Shown here piece after piece: positions 59,158 to 64,000 of a DNA stretch of 64,000 nt. The notes under the pieces are model-generated. The model searched no databases. It saw only the letters and a list, made by a program, of their open reading frames with translations, and was not told the DNA's origin. Both the position numbers and the translations under genes were made by a program. Numbering within the stretch: position 1 is the first letter of the stretch; each line of letters begins with the position of its first letter. The DNA lies in NCBI GenBank assembly GCA_040218735.1, contig JAVJQW010000062.1, positions 341,838 through 405,837 of the forward strand, in the 5' to 3' direction. Source of the stretch: Deltaproteobacteria bacterium (GTDB lineage: Bacteria > Myxococcota > Kuafuiibacteriia > Kuafuiibacteriales > Kuafuiibacteriaceae).

Positions 59158-59870
59158 GACAGCTCGAGGTTTTCGACCTTCTCGCGATCCGGATCCGGCG
59201 GCTCGAACGGCTGCAGGTAGACGACCTCCGTGCGCTTCGCGAGCTGTTCGACGAGCGACTCGAGCGCGCGCTGCTCGCGCTCCTCGCGGATGCGCTGGGC
59301 GATGCGTTCGCGGAGCGTCTCGAACGAACGTCCGCCGAGCTTGCTGGCGTTTTTGTCGAAGCAGGCGCGGACCTCTTCGCGGGTGGGATCGGTGTTGAGC
59401 CGGATGCGCACGTCGAGGAACCGTTCGACGAGCAGCTCGGCCTTGAGGATCGCCGCCAGCGCCGCGGGCACCCGCTGCGTGTCCTGGGCGTCCTTGATGC
59501 CGACGCGCTCCAGGAACCGTGAGAAGTCGCCGGCAGAGACGAAGCGGGACTCCAGCTCATCGGCGGCGCGGTCCACGATCTCGGGGTCCGGATCGCGGAG
59601 CTGGAGGCGGCGCACCTCGGCGAGGAGCAGCTCGCGGTGGACGATGCTGTGGAGCACCGCCGACAGCAGCTCAGGCTCCAGCCGCGCCGCCCACGCGACC
59701 TCGGGGCCGCGCGCCTTGAGGAGGACGAGGCGCGTCTCGAACTCGAGCTCGGATAGCGTGATGACGGTGCCGCCGACCTCGGCGACGACGCGGTCGACGA
59801 GGCGCTCGCTCGGCGCGGCCTCGGGGGCCGCCGACGCGGTCACGAGCGCCAACGCAAACGGCCAAAACAC
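59145..59870 (-). CDS. SurA N-terminal-like exported protein
   Basis: Signal peptide, then 'VDRVVAEVGGTVITLSEL'; helical body. Confidence 0.7.
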   Translation of the reverse strand: MFWPFALALVTASAAPEAAPSERLVDRVVAEVGGTVITLSELEFETRLVLLKARGPEVAWAARLEPELLSAVLHSIVHRELLLAEVRRLQLRDPDPEIVDRAADELESRFVSAGDFSRFLERVGIKDAQDTQRVPAALAAILKAELLVERFLDVRIRLNTDPTREEVRACFDKNASKLGGRSFETLRERIAQRIREEREQRALESLVEQLAKRTEVVYLQPFEPPDPDREKVENLELSCLN

Positions 59871-59922
59871 GCCCTGAGATTGGCGCGGATGGTGGACGTC
59901 TGGCAGCCTCTTTTTTGGTGTT

Positions 59923-61896
59923 TTGAGGCTTTCGCTCGCCACGAAGATCTTCCTCGTGTTCTCGGCGCTGCTCGGGATCTTCGGGGTGGTGTCGTTCTTC
60001 TCCGTGCTGGAGATTCGCGCGGTCGGCGAGGACCTGCGGACGATCAAGGACCACCACCTCGCGCTCGCCCGGCACGCGGCGAAGCTCGAGACGCACCAGG
60101 AGAACCGGTTCCGCGAGCTGCGGCGCTGCCTGGACCAAGAGACACCCTCCGCCCGGCTGCGGTTCGCGCGAATCGCGCGCCAGTACTTCCCGGGGGTGAT
60201 TCGTTCGACGACGGAGGAGATCCGCGAGGTCGCCGCGCGCCAGGTCGAGCGTGCGGCGCAAAACGGCGACGCCGATGACCGTCGCGCGTTCGCCGACGAG
60301 CTCAACGCGCACCTCGACCGCATCGCCGAGTATCACAAGGGCTTCGACGAGCTGACGGAGCAGATCGAAGCGCTCGGGGAGGAAGACATCGACACCACCG
60401 CGGCGCGCGAGCGGTTGGAGGCGATCTGGAGCCGCGTCCGCAGCGAGACGTACCGGCTCGACAACCACATCGGCGACGACACGGAGCGCGCGGTGCGCAG
60501 CGCCGCGACGCGGGAGAACCGCGCGATCCTCCGCATCGCGGTGATGACCGCGGTGTCGTTGGTGATCGGGATCCTTTTGATGGTGATCTCCACGCGGTCG
60601 CTCTCCCCGATCAAGAAGCTGGTGCTCTACGCACGCGCGATCTCGCGCGGCGACTACCAGCAGGCGACGCCCGCCACGAGCGGCGGCGAGCTGACGGCGC
60701 TCGCGGACGAGCTGTCGCAGATGGCCCGCTCGCGGAAGGACCGCGAGGAAGAGCTCGACCGTCAGGCCGACGAGTTGGAGGAGGCGTACCGCCGGGTCGA
60801 GGAGCTCAAGCGCTACCACCAGAGCATCGTCAGGAGCCTCAGGACGGGCGTGGTGGTCACCGACCGCTCGCTCACCGTGACGAGCGCGAACCGCGCGGCG
60901 GTCCAGCACTGGGGCTTGGAGGGCGTCACGGGGGGCGCGCTCGACGCGACGCCGCTGGGGGCCGCGCTCGCGGAGCGCCTGGGGCCGATGAACACCTACG
61001 TGGAGCGCGTGGAGACCGTGACGACGGACGCGCTCGCGCTGCAGTCGTATCTCGCGGACGTGACGATCGCGCCGCTCGAGAACGAGCGCGGCGCGGTGCT
61101 CGGGTTGGTGATCGCGCTGGAGGACGTGACGGAGGCGGTGCGCACGAAAGAGGCGCTGATTCGCTCCGAGCGTTTGGCGACGATCGGTCGGATGAGCGCG
61201 CACGTGACGCACGAGATCCGGAACCCGCTGTCGTCGATCGGGCTGAACGCGGAGATGCTGGAGGACATGGCGCTGCACCTCGGGGACGACGCCGAGGACG
61301 CGAAGAGCATGTGCCGGTCGATCGCGCGCGAGGTGGATCGGCTCACCGCGATCACGGACGCGTACCTGAAGTTTGCGCGGCTGCCGCGGCCCGAGCCGTC
61401 GGAGGCGGATCTGTCGTCGTGGCTGCAGACGATCGGCGCGTTCGTGCGACGCGACCTGGACGCGGCGAACGTGTCGCTCGTGTTGTCGCTCCCGGACGAG
61501 GCGCCGACGGTGTCGTTCGACCCGGATCAGATGCGGCAGGCGATGTTGAACCTCATCCGCAACGCGAAGGAGTCGATGCCGGAGGGGGGCGAGATTCGGG
61601 TGACGGCGACGATCGAGGGCGCGTGGCTGCGGCTGGAGGTGCAGGACGAGGGCGTCGGCATCCCGACCGAGCACCTCGATCGGGTGTTCGATCCGTTCTA
61701 TTCGACGAAGTTGACCGGGACCGGCCTGGGGTTGGCGCTGACCCAGCAGATCATCCAGGAGCACGGGGGACAGCTCGCGCTGCGGTCCGAGATGGGGGTG
61801 GGGACGACGTTCTCGATCACCCTGCCCGTCTCCCAACAGCGAGAGATGACACACGTTCTGGACGGCGACGTGCGCGAGGCGGCGATCGGGACCTGA
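59923..61896 (+). CDS. Sensor histidine kinase (TM-HAMP-PAS-HisKA-HATPase, NtrB-like)
   Basis: HEIRNPL, NLIRNA, DEGVG, FYSTK, GTGLGL. Confidence 0.93.
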   Translation: MRLSLATKIFLVFSALLGIFGVVSFFSVLEIRAVGEDLRTIKDHHLALARHAAKLETHQENRFRELRRCLDQETPSARLRFARIARQYFPGVIRSTTEEIREVAARQVERAAQNGDADDRRAFADELNAHLDRIAEYHKGFDELTEQIEALGEEDIDTTAARERLEAIWSRVRSETYRLDNHIGDDTERAVRSAATRENRAILRIAVMTAVSLVIGILLMVISTRSLSPIKKLVLYARAISRGDYQQATPATSGGELTALADELSQMARSRKDREEELDRQADELEEAYRRVEELKRYHQSIVRSLRTGVVVTDRSLTVTSANRAAVQHWGLEGVTGGALDATPLGAALAERLGPMNTYVERVETVTTDALALQSYLADVTIAPLENERGAVLGLVIALEDVTEAVRTKEALIRSERLATIGRMSAHVTHEIRNPLSSIGLNAEMLEDMALHLGDDAEDAKSMCRSIAREVDRLTAITDAYLKFARLPRPEPSEADLSSWLQTIGAFVRRDLDAANVSLVLSLPDEAPTVSFDPDQMRQAMLNLIRNAKESMPEGGEIRVTATIEGAWLRLEVQDEGVGIPTEHLDRVFDPFYSTKLTGTGLGLALTQQIIQEHGGQLALRSEMGVGTTFSITLPVSQQREMTHVLDGDVREAAIGT

Positions 61897-62130
61897 GGGG
61901 GGCGCTAGGCGGGCGTCGCCCTTGGTGATTCTCGACGACTCGCTGCGGCATCCACGGCCGACCGAGCGGTGCGTCTGCAAGGGCCCCAAAAGACAGGGGT
62001 GCCAGGGGCCATCCTACATTCGAGCGGCGCGGTACCGACGAATGTGAACGCAACGATTTTCAAAGGAATATCGAATATTTAGGGCAACATCGCGTTGACC
62101 GAGCGGGTGCCCGGCTGGTGCCATGAGGGG

Positions 62131-63477
62131 GTGCTGAAGACGGCGCTCGACACACTCGCGAATGGGCTGAAGGTGCTGCACATCGAGCTGCCGCACGTCC
62201 ACGCGGTGTCGTGTGCGCTGTTGGTTCGTGGCGGTCCGCGCTACGAGCTGCCGCGCACCAACGGGCTCTCGCACATGGTCGAGCACCTGTTGTTCCGCGG
62301 GACGGCGAATCACCCTTCGAGCCTCGAGTTCCACACGGCGGTCGAGGCGCTCGGCGGGGAGATCAACGGGCAGACGCAGCGCGACGCGGTGACGATTCAC
62401 CTCACGGTCCCGCCGACGCACGCGGCGGCGGGGCTCGACCTCCTCGCGGAGGTCTGCACGACGCCGCTGATGACGGGGCTGAGCGTGGAACGCAACGTCG
62501 TCATCGAGGAGATCCTCGACGCGTACGCGGCCGACGGATCCGAATTGGACATCGACAGCATCTCTCGGCGCCTCCTGTGGGATGGGCACCCGATGTCGAT
62601 GCCGGTCGCGGGTGAGGTCGAGCTGGTCGAACGTTTCACGCGCGACCAGTGCCGGCGCTGGTTCGAGGAGCTGTTCGTCGCGCGCAACGCGGTGTTGGTG
62701 ATCGCGGGCCCGACGGATCGCGCCGCGATGCTCGACGCCGCGGCCCGCGCCTTCGCGGGCATGCCCCGAGGGTTCTCGATGCTCGAGCCGCCCCCGCCCG
62801 CGCCGGTGACGCGCCCGGCCATCCACGTGCAGCCGACGGACGACGCGCAGGTGACGGCGCTGCTGACGTTCCCCTCCATCCCGGAGGCGCACCCCGACTT
62901 CACCGCGCTGCTGTTGTTGCGGCGCATCCTCGACGACGGCTTCTCGGCGCGCCTGCGCCAAGCGATCTGCGAGCAGCGCGGCCTCGCCTACTCGATGGGC
63001 GTGTCACTCGACGCGTACCGCGACGTCGGCGCGCTCGACATCGAGGTCACCTGCGCGCCGAAGAAGCTGGTGCGCACGGTCGAGCGCATCCTCATCACCC
63101 TCCGCGCCCTGATCCACGCCCCGGTCGATCCGGGCGAGCTCACCCGCGCGAAGACCCGCCACATGGCGGACCTGGAGTTCTCGCTCGACAACCCCTCCGA
63201 GCTGTCCTCCTGGTACGGCGGCGCGGCGCTCCTCGACCTCGACGTCGACTACGACCTCCGCCGCCGCGAGCTGGAAGCCGTCACCCCGTGTGACCTCCTC
63301 CGCCTGGCCCGGCAGATCTTCGACACCGACAACGCGCTCCTCACCCTCCTCGGCCCGGTCGAAGACGACCAAGCGCGCCGCCTCGAGCTGCTGCTGGGGC
63401 GCCCCTACGAGAGCACGTTCTGGTTCGAAGACGCCGACTCCGAAGACGAGCCGCCTCCTCTGGAGCTCGCCGGTTAG
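62131..63477 (+). CDS. M16-family zinc peptidase
   Basis: LANGLKV, GLSHMVEH (HxxEH), 'ERNVVIEEI', 'RGLAYS'; start at 62131 or 62095. Confidence 0.92.
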   Translation: MLKTALDTLANGLKVLHIELPHVHAVSCALLVRGGPRYELPRTNGLSHMVEHLLFRGTANHPSSLEFHTAVEALGGEINGQTQRDAVTIHLTVPPTHAAAGLDLLAEVCTTPLMTGLSVERNVVIEEILDAYAADGSELDIDSISRRLLWDGHPMSMPVAGEVELVERFTRDQCRRWFEELFVARNAVLVIAGPTDRAAMLDAAARAFAGMPRGFSMLEPPPPAPVTRPAIHVQPTDDAQVTALLTFPSIPEAHPDFTALLLLRRILDDGFSARLRQAICEQRGLAYSMGVSLDAYRDVGALDIEVTCAPKKLVRTVERILITLRALIHAPVDPGELTRAKTRHMADLEFSLDNPSELSSWYGGAALLDLDVDYDLRRRELEAVTPCDLLRLARQIFDTDNALLTLLGPVEDDQARRLELLLGRPYESTFWFEDADSEDEPPPLELAG

Positions 63478-63659
63478 GGATCACAGGAGACGGGAGATCG
63501 GGAGGGCTCGGACTCCGGACGAACGCGGAGATCGGGGAGGTTTTGGGGTTGGCGCCCTGCCTCGGCAGGCGTCGCCGCTCGAACACCACGACGGCGCCGC
63601 GCGCACGACGACGCGACGCGCGGACCGCCCACGACGACGCCCACCCCGCAGCCAGCCAA

Positions 63660-63840
63660 CGACCACCGGACGAGCCGGACGGAGCCGGACGGACGGACGA
63701 GCGAACGTTGCGACGAACGGACGAGCGGATGAGCGAACGCGGGACGACGCGCAGACGAGCGGACGAGCGGACGAGCGGACGAGCGGGCAAGCGAACGCGG
63801 GCGACGAGCGGACGGGCCGACGAACGGACGCCGATGAACG
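63660..63840 (+). repeat. Degenerate octamer tandem repeats (GGACGAGC/GGACGAAC)
   Basis: For example gacgagcggacgagcggacgagcggacgagcgg near 63754-63786. Confidence 0.75.
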
Positions 63841-63862
63841 ACTTCCTGAGCGGAGCGGAGGC

Positions 63863-64000
63863 TGATCCCGTCGCTCTAAAATTGACCCACCCGCCGCTCT
63901 AAAACTGACCCACCCCTCAACCGGCGGATCGACGGGGAATGCCCCACCTGATCTGCCATGGAGGTGCTGAGGGTGGAGCAAGTACACGTCGTTCGACATA
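63863..64000 (+). mobile_element. Left end of an IS21-family insertion sequence
   Basis: Begins TG; two 21-bp subterminal repeats cgctctaaaa(t/c)tgacccaccc at 63872-63892 and 63895-63915; IstA-like start follows. Confidence 0.8.
63958..64000 (+). CDS. istA: IS21 transposase IstA, first codons only
   Basis: MEVLRVEQVHVVRH..., resembling IstA N-termini; truncated by the window edge. Confidence 0.65.
   Translation, partial: MEVLRVEQVHVVRH

Noticed and set aside
63660-63915. Repeats as a possible CRISPR array or iteron set
   Set aside because: The octamers are degenerate with no spacers, and the two 21-mers fit IS21 subterminal repeats; no cas or rep genes are present.

Overview
GC-rich (roughly 70% by eye) bacterial chromosomal window that looks like Myxococcota/deltaproteobacterial DNA: it has a Hanks-type kinase, PEGA and FHA proteins, DAG-linker lipoproteins, a lidless DnaK paralogue and an rph-rdgB-tRNA cluster. 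Most of it is envelope and housekeeping content: LPS heptose genes, glycosyltransferases, glutaminase, an RND efflux pump with a two-component system, YeeE/YedE proteins, four tRNAs, an amidase, a Klenow-type family A polymerase, nucleoside deaminases, an MMPL transporter, the mreBCD-mrdA-rodA elongasome locus, PpiD, MobA, a thermonuclease and an M16 peptidase. The left end of an IS21-type element sits at the right edge. The most unusual region is the elongasome locus. (i) RodA carries an inserted TM-FHA-TM module whose FHA domain has lost phosphothreonine-binding residues and is predicted to be periplasmic. (ii) PBP2 has an internal duplication in its pedestal region. (iii) The operon is split between mreD and mrdA by a 1087-aa lipoprotein resembling anthrax protective antigen/binary-toxin B fused to a beta-propeller, plus a VOC gene. 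All calls come from motif recognition by eye; no database searches were run, so novelty is unverified.
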